Of a DNA stretch of 64,000 bases, positions 1-10,277 are shown piece by piece. A program made the translations under genes and the position numbers. The DNA comes from Deltaproteobacteria bacterium (GTDB lineage: Bacteria; Myxococcota; Kuafuiibacteriia; Kuafuiibacteriales; Kuafuiibacteriaceae). The notes under the pieces are model-generated. The model worked only from the letters and a program-made list of their open reading frames with translations. It had not been told where the DNA came from and did not search any database. How positions within the stretch are numbered: position 1 is the stretch's first letter; each line of letters opens with the position of its first letter. The stretch is from NCBI GenBank assembly GCA_040218735.1, contig JAVJQW010000067.1:224559-288558 (forward strand), in the 5' to 3' direction.

Positions 1-160
1 GCACCCAACGGGACAGGACGATGTGGGCGACGCGGTCGCGGGAGATCGGACCATCGCGTTCGATGAGGTCGATGTGGAAGCGCGCGCGGCGACGTTCGTC
101 GCGGATGAGATCGCGGAGCTTCTGCGCGGCGACCTTCTTGGCGCGGGCGACCCGGGACAC
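1..160 (-). CDS. 5' part of a hypothetical protein running off the window edge
   Basis: GTG at 160 opens VSRVARAKKVAAQKLRDLIRDERRRARFHIDLIERDGPISRDRVAHIVLSRWV, open to position 1. Confidence 0.5.
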   Translation of the reverse strand, partial: MSRVARAKKVAAQKLRDLIRDERRRARFHIDLIERDGPISRDRVAHIVLSRWV

Positions 161-251
161 GGGGTGGGTTCTATCGCGAAACGATCGGGCAACGAAACGG
201 GGGACGATCACGACGGCGGTGGCACCGAGCTGTTGGGTGGGGTTCGGTGCG

Positions 252-1466
252 TCAGGGCCGAGCGAGCTGCGGTCGTGAGGCGGACAACGCGGAGCAGAGG
301 GTCTTCGCGAGCGCGGCGCCGGCCCTCGCGTGCCCGAGCGCGTTCCAGTGGCCGGCGCCCAGGGTGCCGGAGCGCTCGAATCCATGAAGGTACGGGCCGT
401 TCGGCTCGACCTCGGCCGCGAGCCGCGGCCCCAGCCCGAGGTAGCGAAGACCCCGGCGTCGTGAGAGTCGCGTGAGTCGTCGCTCGACCGCGAACAGATC
501 CGCGATTCCACGACGCGCGATGAATTCATCCCGCACCGATGTGTCGGGCTGGACTTGGATGGGCGTCGAAACGCTCATCAGGAGAAAGTCGGCCCCCGCG
601 GACCGTGCGAGCGAGCTCGTCGCGACGATCAGTCGCTCGGTGACGGACCACGCATCGTTCCAGGCCGCCGAGGCGCTCGAACCGTAGATCGGATCCGCGA
701 TGATGCGGTTTGGCGCGGGCCACGTGCGTGGCCGCGGTCGGTTCCACGCGTTGATCGACGCGTTGACGAGCTGAAGCAGGCGCACCTCGTTGATGACCGC
801 GTAGATCGAGCGACCGAGCAGGGACGCTCGCAGGCGGTACCCCGTGGTGGTGCGGAACGCGGCGTCCAGGATGAGGTTCCCGTCCTTCACGACGAAGTAC
901 GGACGTCTCGAACGCTCGGACAAGCTACGCACGCTGTCGCGTACGTCGTTCTCCGCGAAGAACTGGAGCACCACGAAGTCGGGCGCGAATCGCAGCGCGT
1001 GGTGCTCGAGCATGAGGTACGCCTGGGCGGTCGAGAACCCCGATACCCCGAAGCCGAGGACCTCGGGTCTGCGCCCCCGAAGCGCGGCACAGCTTCGAAG
1101 CCGGCGTTCGGCGACGCGCCAGTAGGTCTCGTCGAGATCGACCTGGAGGGCCTCCGTGAAGGAGTCGCCGAGCACCGCGACACGAAAGACGTCGGCCCCG
1201 TGCGCGACGTCGACCTCGGGCCCGCGCAGCCCCCAGCGGTTGGTCTCGATGAACCCGTCCCCCTCGCGCCGGTCGTAGGCCTCGAGGTTTGGTCGCAGCT
1301 GCGCTCCGACGAACGGGTCGACCCGATAGAAGTTGGGGCGCGAGAAGCCGACCGAACGAAGGACGACCTCGACGAGGCCGGCCGAGAGGAAGAGGGAGCC
1401 GATGACGAGGGCGAGCGCCGTCATCGTCGGCCTGCGACCGCCGGGACCCGACGCGCTCACGGTCAC
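252..1466 (-). CDS. SGNH/GDSL hydrolase family protein with N-terminal membrane anchor
   Basis: Block I VAVLGDSFT, GVSGFS, FAEND and C-terminal GHWNALGH; hydrophobic N-terminus; alternative start ATG 1424. Confidence 0.85.
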   Translation of the reverse strand: MTVSASGPGGRRPTMTALALVIGSLFLSAGLVEVVLRSVGFSRPNFYRVDPFVGAQLRPNLEAYDRREGDGFIETNRWGLRGPEVDVAHGADVFRVAVLGDSFTEALQVDLDETYWRVAERRLRSCAALRGRRPEVLGFGVSGFSTAQAYLMLEHHALRFAPDFVVLQFFAENDVRDSVRSLSERSRRPYFVVKDGNLILDAAFRTTTGYRLRASLLGRSIYAVINEVRLLQLVNASINAWNRPRPRTWPAPNRIIADPIYGSSASAAWNDAWSVTERLIVATSSLARSAGADFLLMSVSTPIQVQPDTSVRDEFIARRGIADLFAVERRLTRLSRRRGLRYLGLGPRLAAEVEPNGPYLHGFERSGTLGAGHWNALGHARAGAALAKTLCSALSASRPQLARP

Positions 1467-1526
1467 GGCGTGGCAGGTTCCGTCGTGCGCCTGCGGGTCG
1501 CAAGACCTGGCCGCGAGGCCGGTTCG

Positions 1527-1694
1527 CCGGGCAAGGAGCGAAGCGACGCGCAGGCGCGCGGAGCGCGGCGAAGGCCGGCAGGCGAACTTGTTCGCCGATA
1601 ACCGGCAAGTCCGGGCAAGGAGCGAAGCGACGCGCAGGCGCGCGAAGCGCGGCGAAGGCCGGCAGGCGAACTTGTTCGCCGATAACCGGCAAGT
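1527..1694. repeat. 84-bp tandem direct repeat x2 (REP-like intergenic element)
   Basis: 1527-1610 and 1611-1694 differ at one position; each has the palindrome GGCGAAC-TT-GTTCGCC. Confidence 0.95.
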
Positions 1695-2479
1695 CAGGCG
1701 GCGCGGGCGAGGCTCTCGAGGCGCTTCTTGATCTTCGCCTTCTTGCTGTAGACCGTGCTCACCGACACGCCCATCTCGTCGGCGATCGCGTCGGGGGCCA
1801 TCGCCTCGACGAAGTACAGCTCGACGAAGCGGCGGTCGCGGGCCGAGAACTTCTCGAGCGCCTGGTCCACGAAGCGGCGCTGCTCGCGGTCGACGAGGTC
1901 GACGTCCGGGCCGTCCACCGGCGGCGCCACGCGCTCGAGCTCGGCGTCGAGCATCGGGTCGGTGCGGCGGCGGCGCTCCTTCCTGAGGAAGTCGTGCGCG
2001 GTCGAGGTCGCGATGACGCCGACCCAGCTCGACACCGAGCAGCCGCCGTCGACGCGGTACAGGCGCAGGCGCCGGTAGTCCTTGGCGACCATCTTCAGCG
2101 ACGTCTCGGCGACGATGTCGGCGAGGTCGTCGTCCTGGAGGCGCACGCCCGAGCGGACGCAGACCCGCGAGACGCAGGCGACCATCAGGTTGCGGAACCG
2201 CTCCACGAAGACCTCGAACGCGATCGGGTCGCGGGTGAGGACCCGCTCCAGCAGCGCGAGATCCTCGAGCTGCCCGAGCGCGGCACGGTGCGCGCGCTTG
2301 GCCCGACGCGTCTTCGGCGCGGGCTTGGCCTCGGCGCGGCGGCCCGGGTCAGGGCGCGGGATCGGCAGGTCCGGGTCGCTGTGGATCTTGTCGCGGAGCA
2401 CCCAAGCGGGGGCGCGGTACTGGACGTCGGCGAGGGCGGCGAGCGGTGCGGAAGTCGGGATGCGTGCAACGGTAATCAT
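1694..2479 (-). CDS. RNA polymerase sigma-70 family (ECF-type) sigma factor
   Basis: Region 2-like DDLADIVAET...SWVGVIATSTAHDFLRKERRR and region 4 HTH AIADEMGVSVSTVYSKKAKI; ATG 2479 preceded by AGGAGG. Confidence 0.9.
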   Translation of the reverse strand: MITVARIPTSAPLAALADVQYRAPAWVLRDKIHSDPDLPIPRPDPGRRAEAKPAPKTRRAKRAHRAALGQLEDLALLERVLTRDPIAFEVFVERFRNLMVACVSRVCVRSGVRLQDDDLADIVAETSLKMVAKDYRRLRLYRVDGGCSVSSWVGVIATSTAHDFLRKERRRRTDPMLDAELERVAPPVDGPDVDLVDREQRRFVDQALEKFSARDRRFVELYFVEAMAPDAIADEMGVSVSTVYSKKAKIKKRLESLARAA

Positions 2480-2521
2480 TTCGTCGGGTCCTCCTGGGGT
2501 CGCGTGACGCAACGAGACCAT

Positions 2522-2537
2522 TCCAAGTCGCGCGCCA
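2522..2537 (-). promoter_or_regulatory. putative sigma-54 -24/-12 promoter of the ECF sigma gene
   Basis: Minus strand TGGCGC-GCGAC-TTGGA versus consensus TGGCAC-N5-TTGCW; predicted +1 near 2511, upstream of the RBS. Confidence 0.5.
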
Positions 2538-2610
2538 ACTTGAAACAGGCACCCAATCGTTCGAAATCATTGAAGACGTCGTTCGACGTGTTACGTGTCA
2601 CATCGACAAC

Positions 2611-2855
2611 CTCGGAGAAAAAGATCCGCGCCTCGACGTACGGAATCGACCGTCGACCAGGGCGGGTTCGTACGGGGGTGGGCGTACAAAGCGCCAAGGG
2701 CACGGGATACCGAGGGATTTCGGCGCGAACCCCCCACCCTGGACCCCCGGTGTGGTGGGGTCGTTCGGTCTCGGAGAAAAAGATCCGATCCGCCATCGAA
2801 ACGCTAAGCCACTGAAATCATGGAACTCAACCCGGGTGCCGGATTTTTTTTTCCG
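2611..2855. promoter_or_regulatory. three CGGA-N8-TCCG palindromic boxes (candidate enhancer/operator sites)
   Basis: CTCGGAGAAAAAGATCCG exact at 2611-2628 and 2770-2787; inverted 14/16 match at 2840-2855. Confidence 0.6.
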
Positions 2856-2870
2856 GCTGGGGCCCGCGGG

Positions 2871-4700
2871 TCACTTCGGCCAGGGGATGCCGAGGCGCTC
2901 GATCTTCTTGTCGAGGGTGACCCGGCTGATCTGGAGCGCGTCCGCGACCGCGGTCTTCACGGCGCCGGTCCGCGCCATCGCCCGCAGGATCATCGCGCGC
3001 TCGAGGCGCTGGACCGCCTCCGCGAGGGTGTCGGCGCGCGCGGTCGCCGCGGCGGCGACGTCCCCGGCCGTCCACAGCTCGAGCGGAAGATCCTCGGGTC
3101 GAATCACGTCCCCGTCCGCGAGGATCACCAGCCGCTCCACGAGGTTTTCGAGCTCGCGCACGTTGCCCGGCCAGGTGTGGGAAGCGAGGAGGGTCTCCAC
3201 CTCGGAGTCCAGGCGTTTGTCCGCGACGCCCCCCGCCCGACAGAACCGCGCGACGAACGCCCGCGCCAGCGGGACGACGTCCTCGGGCCGGCTGGCGAGC
3301 GGCGGCACGTCGAGGCGCACGACCGACAGCCGGAAGAACAGATCCTCGCGGAAGTCCCCGCCCGCGACCGCCTCCTCCAACCGCCGCGAGGTCGCCGCGA
3401 CGATCCGCACGTCGACCGGCGTCGGGCGGCTCGCCCCCACGCGGAACACGACCTTCTCCTGTAAGGCGCGCAACAGCTTCACCTGCGTGGCCCGCGTCGT
3501 GTCGCCGATCTCGTCGAGGAACAGCGTCCCGCCGTTGGCCGCTTCGAACAGCCCGACCTTGTCGCGCGACGCCCCGGTGAACGCGCCCTCCAGGTGACCG
3601 AACAGCTCCGACTCCTCGAGGGTGTCGACCAGCGCCCCGCAGTTCACCGCGACGAACGGTCCGTCCGCGCGCGGCGAGCTCGTGTGCACCGTCCTCGCCA
3701 CGACCTCCTTGCCGGCGCCGGTCGGGCCCGTGATCAACACCGTCGCCTCCGCGCTCGCCGCGCGCCGCGCCTGGTCGAGCACCCGCTTCATCGCGGCGCT
3801 CTCGGCGATCACGGCCGGCGCCTCCACCCGGTGCCGCGACTTCGCGCGGCGCGCCGCTTCGCCGAGGCCGTCCTGCGCGAGGCACACCAACGCCAGCACG
3901 TTGGCGAGCGGGACGAGCGCGTCGAGCGCGTCGTCGGCAAACGGACGGCTCGCGCCGAGGTGCACGAGGCCCACCACCGATCCCGACGCCACCAGCGGCG
4001 CCGCGAGCAACGCCCGGACGCCCCCCGCCGCGAGGCTCACGCCCCCCTCGAACCGCCGATCCTCCGCCGCGTTCGCGGAGGCGATCGCGCACCGCTCCTC
4101 GAAGACCCGCTCCACCACGGTGCGACTCACGGTGATCGGCCCCGGTCCGTAGCTCGCCTTCACCGCCCGCGCGGCGCCGCTCCCCACGAGAACGAACGCT
4201 CGCTCGGCGGAGAAGTGCTCGGCGATCGACTTCAACCCGAAGCCCAGCAGGTCCTCCCCCTCCGACAACGCCGAGGCGAGCCGGCCGAGGAGCACGGCGG
4301 CGGTGCGGTCGGCGCGGTCCGAGGTCTCGCTGCCGTCGACCGCGACGACCTGGTCGTGGCGTGTCGCCGCGCCGTCGTCGACGATCACGTCGGCGCCCTC
4401 ACCGCGCACGTAGTCGAGGCTCGGTTCGAAGGCGAACGTCGTCGCGCCGATGCCGATCAGGTCGCCGGGCGCCAAGCGCTTCTTGCCTTCGAGGGGGGCG
4501 CCGTCGACCACCGTCCCGTTGGCGCTGTCGAGGTCCTCGATCGTGAAGCCGTCGTCGGCGCGGATCACCGCGTGGCGACGGGAGACCGCGTCGTCGAGGA
4601 GCTGGATCGTGCAGTCGCTCGCGCGCCCGATCGTCGTCTCGTCCTCGAGCGTGTACCGGATGCCCGCGGCGCGGCCGGTGAGCGCGAGGAGCACCGTCAC
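2871..4700 (-). CDS. sigma-54-dependent enhancer-binding protein (FHA-GAF-AAA+-HTH)
   Basis: FHA (IGR..SRRHA..DLDSANGT), GPTGAGKE, ESELFGHLEGAFTGA, LFLDEIG, WPGNVRELEN, C-terminal Fis-type HTH. Confidence 0.95.
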   Translation of the reverse strand: MTVLLALTGRAAGIRYTLEDETTIGRASDCTIQLLDDAVSRRHAVIRADDGFTIEDLDSANGTVVDGAPLEGKKRLAPGDLIGIGATTFAFEPSLDYVRGEGADVIVDDGAATRHDQVVAVDGSETSDRADRTAAVLLGRLASALSEGEDLLGFGLKSIAEHFSAERAFVLVGSGAARAVKASYGPGPITVSRTVVERVFEERCAIASANAAEDRRFEGGVSLAAGGVRALLAAPLVASGSVVGLVHLGASRPFADDALDALVPLANVLALVCLAQDGLGEAARRAKSRHRVEAPAVIAESAAMKRVLDQARRAASAEATVLITGPTGAGKEVVARTVHTSSPRADGPFVAVNCGALVDTLEESELFGHLEGAFTGASRDKVGLFEAANGGTLFLDEIGDTTRATQVKLLRALQEKVVFRVGASRPTPVDVRIVAATSRRLEEAVAGGDFREDLFFRLSVVRLDVPPLASRPEDVVPLARAFVARFCRAGGVADKRLDSEVETLLASHTWPGNVRELENLVERLVILADGDVIRPEDLPLELWTAGDVAAAATARADTLAEAVQRLERAMILRAMARTGAVKTAVADALQISRVTLDKKIERLGIPWPK

Positions 4701-6154
4701 CCGTCGCCCTCCGGGAGCTCGTCGACCTCTTTGGGAGGCTCCGGAGCGGGCGTCACCTCGGGGAGCGGTGGTGCGGGCGGAGGCGCCTCCTCGCGCACGA
4801 GCGGCGGCGGCGGATCAGACACCGGGGCCTCCTCCAGCTCGTAGCGCAGCGTCAGCCCCATCACGAAGATCGCCCCGCCCGCCGAGAAGTCACCGACGGG
4901 GTCGTTCCGATCCACCTTCTGATAACGCCGCTGCGGGACGTAGTGCAGCGCGCCGCCGAGATCGATGATCAGCGGGTTCTCGAGCGCGCCGAGCGGATCG
5001 AGGAACCGAACACCCGCCCCGAGCGAGAAGATGTGCGCGGTGGCGTCGACGTAGTTCGTCCCGGTCGTCTGCTGCGGCGCCGGCGACGGCCGCACCGCGT
5101 ACCCGCCGCGCAGCCCGAACGGACCGATGCGCTGCTCCGCCCCGAACCGCGCGGTGAGGGTGTTGCGGAACGCGAGGTCCACCGCCCGCTCCTGCCCCGG
5201 TGCCGGCGTGTCGAGCGCGTTGTCGAGGCCGGTCCCTTCGATGAGGTCGCCGCCGACGTCGATCGACGAGGTCACCGACGGGTCCGGCGCGCCCGACCAC
5301 ATCGCGTAGACGAGGTCCGCGCCGAAGAGCAGATCGATCGACTCCAACAGGTACGCGATCCCGAACGTGAGCTGGTGCGGCGTGTACTGCACGTTGAACT
5401 GCGTCGCGACGTACAGGTCCGCGACGCCCGTAATCCGCACGTCGACCGGCAACACCACGTCCGACTGGATCGACGCGCGGTACGAAGCCCCGACCCGAAG
5501 ACCGTCGAACGGGCGCGCCTCGATCCCCAACATCGGCGACGCGATCGGCGAGATGTCGAACGTCACCGACTTCTGCGAGAACCGCCCCGCCACCACGTCG
5601 AGCTCGTAGAGCAGCTCCCCCTCCAGGCCCGCGAGGATCTGCACCCCGGCGCCGATCGAGAGCCACTCCACCGGAAGCGCCGCGATGCCGAGCGTCGCGA
5701 CGATGCGCCGCGGGAGCGACTGGTACATGTACCAGTGCGGTGTCGCCGGATCGAGCGCCTGTCCATTCAGTAGACTGTCCGTCGGGACGTTCAGCGCAAG
5801 CCCCGCGACGACGCGGTTCCGGAAGCGCTGCCCGCCCATCGGGAACACCGCGCCGAACGTGATGCTGTTCGCGCTCGGCGGGTTGAGCTCCGCGACCTCG
5901 CGCTCCGCCTTCTCGAACTCGAAGGACAGCGCCGGCCGCGCGAGCATCAAGCCGAACCCGAAGCCGGGCTCGTCGGCGATCGTGAGCGCCGCGGGGTTGT
6001 AGTAGACGGCCGTGAAGTCGTCGGCCATCGCGGTGTGCGCGTTGCCCATCGCGATCGCGCGCCCGTTGAAGCCGAAGAGGTCCCAGGGGTTCGCGTGGGC
6101 GGTCGCCGGGACCAGCACCAGCGCGAGGGCGACCGCGTACCTCACCGGCCGCAT
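4697..6154 (-). CDS. FadL/OmpP1/TodX-like outer membrane transport protein
   Basis: Signal peptide, GRAIAMGNAHTAMADDFTAVYYNPAAL signature, amphipathic beta strands. Confidence 0.8.
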   Translation of the reverse strand: MRPVRYAVALALVLVPATAHANPWDLFGFNGRAIAMGNAHTAMADDFTAVYYNPAALTIADEPGFGFGLMLARPALSFEFEKAEREVAELNPPSANSITFGAVFPMGGQRFRNRVVAGLALNVPTDSLLNGQALDPATPHWYMYQSLPRRIVATLGIAALPVEWLSIGAGVQILAGLEGELLYELDVVAGRFSQKSVTFDISPIASPMLGIEARPFDGLRVGASYRASIQSDVVLPVDVRITGVADLYVATQFNVQYTPHQLTFGIAYLLESIDLLFGADLVYAMWSGAPDPSVTSSIDVGGDLIEGTGLDNALDTPAPGQERAVDLAFRNTLTARFGAEQRIGPFGLRGGYAVRPSPAPQQTTGTNYVDATAHIFSLGAGVRFLDPLGALENPLIIDLGGALHYVPQRRYQKVDRNDPVGDFSAGGAIFVMGLTLRYELEEAPVSDPPPPLVREEAPPPAPPLPEVTPAPEPPKEVDELPEGDG

Positions 6155-7305
6155 CCGTCGAGGAGCGTCACGACCCCCTCTAGCAGCTCGGTGACCACCT
6201 CGTCCTCGAACAGCTCCACGAGCACCGGGACGATCGCCTCGGCGTCGGGTGTGGACAGCAGGATCACGAGGAGCTCCCGGAGGTCGTCGCGGAGCGTGAG
6301 GTCCGTGCGGACGATGAAGACGACGTCCGCGAGCAGCTCGAGCTCACCGACGACCGCCTCGCTGGAGAGGAAGTCGGCGCCTTCGAGGATCGTCTCCAAC
6401 CCGACGCGCTCCGCGAACACGAGGTCGTACAGAAAGCCGATGATCGCGTTGCGCTGCGCCTGGTGCTGATTCCCGCAGCGCATCGCCCCCTGCAGCGGCA
6501 CGAGGATGTTCGCCTCCGGTTGCGTGACCTCGTCCAGCAGCGCCACGAACCGGCGGATGCGCGTCTCGAGGCTCGCGTCGACGTTCGGATAGACCGCGCT
6601 GTCGAGGAGCGTCTCCACGCGCGAAATCGCGAAGTCCTCGTCCGCGACGAACTGCATGATCTGGCCGATCAGGTTGACGATCGCCGGCCGCCCCGCCTCC
6701 GCGTTGCGCTCGAACTGCGTGAGGAACTCGTCGAGCATCGGGTCGCCGAGGAGGAGCTGCACCTCGTCGAGCAGCGCGACGATCCACGGCCCGCCGGTCG
6801 ACGGCGACTCGAACCGCAGCAGCATCTCGATCGCCGTGAGGAGGTGGTCGGGGTTACAGACCCGAACGAAGTGCGCCCCGGCGTCGAGCGCCTCGTAGCG
6901 CGCCTGGCCGTCGAGGCGACCGTCCACGAACTCCAGCGCCAGGACGACCAACGGCCCGAGCTGCGACTCGACCTGCTCACTCGCCGCGAGGTGCGCGACG
7001 TACGCGGTGTCGCTCAGCCCGAGCTGCTTCACCAGCCTCAGGAGCGCGTCGACGATCGTTCGAAACGAAGGGTCGGGCTGCGGGTTGGCGTCCGACGGGA
7101 GGAACCGGGCCTCGAGGACCTCGCGCAGCGGCGCGAAGCGATCCTCGCGCACGAACGCGAGCAGCTTCGGGAACACCGACTCCGTCGTCCCGCACGCCCC
7201 GACCTGCGTGGGGGCGTCGACCGGCGGCGCGGCGCGGTCCGTATCGAGATTGCAGGACGGCACGAACAGCGCCGCCACACACAACACGATCGCTGGCCTC
7301 CCCAT
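6142..7305 (-). CDS. hypothetical helical lipoprotein
   Basis: ATG 7305, MGRPAIVLCVAALFVPSC lipobox-like; stop overlaps start of the FadL-like gene. Confidence 0.7.
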   Translation of the reverse strand: MGRPAIVLCVAALFVPSCNLDTDRAAPPVDAPTQVGACGTTESVFPKLLAFVREDRFAPLREVLEARFLPSDANPQPDPSFRTIVDALLRLVKQLGLSDTAYVAHLAASEQVESQLGPLVVLALEFVDGRLDGQARYEALDAGAHFVRVCNPDHLLTAIEMLLRFESPSTGGPWIVALLDEVQLLLGDPMLDEFLTQFERNAEAGRPAIVNLIGQIMQFVADEDFAISRVETLLDSAVYPNVDASLETRIRRFVALLDEVTQPEANILVPLQGAMRCGNQHQAQRNAIIGFLYDLVFAERVGLETILEGADFLSSEAVVGELELLADVVFIVRTDLTLRDDLRELLVILLSTPDAEAIVPVLVELFEDEVVTELLEGVVTLLDGCGR

Positions 7306-7397
7306 TCCGCGCACGGAAGCGTGCACCCAACACGCGCTTCGATTCGCGGTCAACCGACACTCGACGGGCGTTCTTCACAGCGCTACCGTCCGCCGCG

Positions 7398-8768
7398 ATG
7401 AAGCAAACACCGAGGTGGGTGTGGGCGGCGTTGCTGGCCGTGACGGCCTGCAAGACGACGCAGACGAACGGTGGCGGCGGCGAAGACGCCGACATCGCGA
7501 TCCCGCACGAGAAGTACATGCTCGACAACGGGCTGGAGGTCATCCTCCACCAGGACAACCGGCTGCCGTTGGTCGCCGTGAGCATCTGGTATCACGTCGG
7601 TGCGATCGACGAGGTGAAGGGCCGCTCCGGCTTCGCGCACCTGTTCGAGCACATGATGTTCCAGGCGTCGCCGCACGTCGGCGAGGATCAGTTCTTCAAG
7701 ATCCTGGAGCAGATCGGCGGCACGTCGATCAACGGGACGACGAACTACGACCGCACGAACTACTTCGAGACGGTGCCGTCGCACGAGCTCGAGACGGTGC
7801 TGTGGATGGAGTCGGACCGGATGGGTTTCCTGCTCTCGTCGCTGACGAAGAAGGCGCTCGACGTGCAGATCGGCGTGGTCCAGAACGAGCGCCGGCAGTC
7901 CGTCGAAAACCGCGAGTACGGCCTGATGAACGAGGCCCTCACGAAGGCGCTGTACCCCGAGCCGCACCCGTACAACGGCGTGGTCATCGGCTCGATGGAG
8001 GACATCGCGGCGGCGACGCTCGACGACGTCCGCGACTTCTTCCGGACCTACTACACCCCGGCGAACGCCACGCTGACCATCGCGGGTGACTTCGAGACCG
8101 CGGAGGCGAAGGCGCTGGTGACGAAGTACTTCGGCTCGCTGAAGGGCAAGGCGAAGCCGCCGCGGCGCGACATCCCGGCGCCGCCGGTGAAGGCGCAGCG
8201 GATCGAGTTCGAGGAGCCGGTCGCGAAGCTGCCGAAGATCTCGATCGCGTGGCGCGGGCCGTCGTCGTTCGAGGACGACACGGCGGCGCTGGACCTGCTG
8301 TCGCACGTCATCTCGGGGACGCGCTCGTCGCGCCTCGACAAACGCGTCTCGCACGATGAGCAGATCGCGCAGAGCGTGACCGCGTACTTCCAGGAGCACG
8401 CGTCGGGCGGCGTCTTCGAGATCGATCTCGTCACGCGCCCCGACCGCACCCTCGCGGAGGCGGAGGCGGCGATCGAGGAGGTCCTCGCGGACCTCGTGAA
8501 GAACCCGCCCACGGAGGAGGAGCTGAAGCGCGCCAAGAACTCGCAGCTGACGCAGATCGTCCGCGGGCTCGAGCAGCTCGGCGGCTTCGGCGGTCGCGCC
8601 GAGCGGCTGCAGGTCTACAACCACTACCTGGGCGACCCGTCGCGGGTCGCGTGGGATCTGGAGCGCTTTGCGAAGGTCACGGTCGCGGACCTCGTGCGCG
8701 TGCAGAAGAAGTACCTGACGGACCAACGCATCACGATCCTCGCGACGCCGAAGGGAGCCACCGAATGA
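7398..8768 (+). CDS. M16 family zinc peptidase (active subunit), lipoprotein
   Basis: Inverted zincin motif HLFEH (SGFAHLFEHMMF), NGTTNYDRTNYFE, lipobox VTAC. Confidence 0.95.
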   Translation: MKQTPRWVWAALLAVTACKTTQTNGGGGEDADIAIPHEKYMLDNGLEVILHQDNRLPLVAVSIWYHVGAIDEVKGRSGFAHLFEHMMFQASPHVGEDQFFKILEQIGGTSINGTTNYDRTNYFETVPSHELETVLWMESDRMGFLLSSLTKKALDVQIGVVQNERRQSVENREYGLMNEALTKALYPEPHPYNGVVIGSMEDIAAATLDDVRDFFRTYYTPANATLTIAGDFETAEAKALVTKYFGSLKGKAKPPRRDIPAPPVKAQRIEFEEPVAKLPKISIAWRGPSSFEDDTAALDLLSHVISGTRSSRLDKRVSHDEQIAQSVTAYFQEHASGGVFEIDLVTRPDRTLAEAEAAIEEVLADLVKNPPTEEELKRAKNSQLTQIVRGLEQLGGFGGRAERLQVYNHYLGDPSRVAWDLERFAKVTVADLVRVQKKYLTDQRITILATPKGATE

Positions 8769-10225
8769 TCCTCGAAGCGCTGACGTTGCTGGCGATCGCT
8801 GCGCCGCACGAGTCCCCCGAGCACGACGCCGCGCCGGCCGCCGCCGAGAGCGGTGTCGCGGTTCCGGCGAGCGAGGCCTGGCGCTCCGAGCGCCCGAAGG
8901 CCGGCGCGCCCAAGCCGCCGAAGCTCCCGAAGTACGACCAGGCGGTCCTCGACAACGGCCTGACGATCATCGTCGCCGAGGTCGACACGGTGCCGATCGT
9001 CTCGTTCTCGCTCGTGACCAAGGGCGGCTCCATGCTCGACCCCAAGGGCGGCGCCGGGCTCGCGAGCATCACGTACGAGCTGATGGGTGAGAGCACGCAG
9101 AAGCTGTCGGCCCTGGAGTTCTCGGACGCGGTGGCGGACCTGGGCGCTTCGTTTTCGAGTCACGGGGATCGGGATCGCGGGTCGGTGTCGATCAGCGGGC
9201 TCGCGAGCAACGCGGACGGGATGCTCGCGCTGCTCGCGGACGCGGCGCTGCGGCCGCGCTTCGATCCGAAGGACTTCGAGCGGGTGAAGAGCCAGACGAT
9301 CGCGTCGCTCTTACGGCGGCGCGGCTCGCCGCAGGGGCTCGCGTTCGAGCAGGTGCCGGCGCTGATCTACGGCGAGGACCACCCGTACGGGCACCCGCCC
9401 ACCGGGTCCGTCGACTCCGTGCAGACCTTGGATCTCGATGCGGCGAAGAAGTTCTTCGAGCGGATGATGAGCCCGAAGCACTCGGCGCTCCTCGTCGCCG
9501 GGAGCATGCCGCTCGCCGAGGTGAAGGCGCTCGCCGAGAAACACCTCGGGACGTGGAAGCGGGACGTCGAGGCGCTCCCCGAGGTACCGGCGGCGGCGCC
9601 CAAGGCGCGCGCGGGGATCGTGTTGATCGACAAACCCGGCGCGGCGCAGACGATGACGATCATCGGGCGCCCGCTCTTCGAGCGCGGCCACCCGGACGAG
9701 GCGGCGCTGACGCTGGCGAACGACGTGTACGGCGGTTCGTTTGCGTCGCGTCTGAACATGAACCTTCGCGAGGACAAGGCGATCACGTACGGCGCGGGCT
9801 CGTCGGCGGCGTTCCGTCAGGGGACGGGGGTGTTCATCGCGTACTCGGCGATCCGCGCGGACGCGACGGCGCTCGGCCTGAAGGAGATCTTCGCGGAGCT
9901 CGAGGGCATGACGAAGACCCCGCCGACGGAGGAAGAAGTCGGGCGAGCGCGCGACGCGTTGATCAAGTCGTTGTCCGGGACCTTCGAGCGCAGCGGTGCG
10001 ATCGCGGGCGCGGCGGCGACGCTGTTCGTGTACGGGCTGCCGCTCGACTACTACGACAAGATCACCGCGAAGTACGACGCGGCGGATCTCGCGTCGGTGC
10101 GCGCGGCGGCGGCGAAGTACTTCGACCCGAGCGTGATGCAGATCCTCCTGGTGGGCGACGCGGCGGGCATCGCGATGGAGATCGACAAACTCGGGCTCGG
10201 GAAGCTCGAGATGCGAAAGCCGTGA
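8765..10225 (+). CDS. M16 family peptidase-like partner subunit (lacks HxxEH)
   Basis: ATGA overlap with upstream gene; LDNGLTI, GGSFASRLNMNLREDKAITYGA; no HxxEH. Confidence 0.9.
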   Translation: MILEALTLLAIAAPHESPEHDAAPAAAESGVAVPASEAWRSERPKAGAPKPPKLPKYDQAVLDNGLTIIVAEVDTVPIVSFSLVTKGGSMLDPKGGAGLASITYELMGESTQKLSALEFSDAVADLGASFSSHGDRDRGSVSISGLASNADGMLALLADAALRPRFDPKDFERVKSQTIASLLRRRGSPQGLAFEQVPALIYGEDHPYGHPPTGSVDSVQTLDLDAAKKFFERMMSPKHSALLVAGSMPLAEVKALAEKHLGTWKRDVEALPEVPAAAPKARAGIVLIDKPGAAQTMTIIGRPLFERGHPDEAALTLANDVYGGSFASRLNMNLREDKAITYGAGSSAAFRQGTGVFIAYSAIRADATALGLKEIFAELEGMTKTPPTEEEVGRARDALIKSLSGTFERSGAIAGAAATLFVYGLPLDYYDKITAKYDAADLASVRAAAAKYFDPSVMQILLVGDAAGIAMEIDKLGLGKLEMRKP

Positions 10226-10277
10226 CCCTCCGGGGGCCGATTCGACAGCGCCCCCTGCCCTCTAGTATCCCCGGGAC

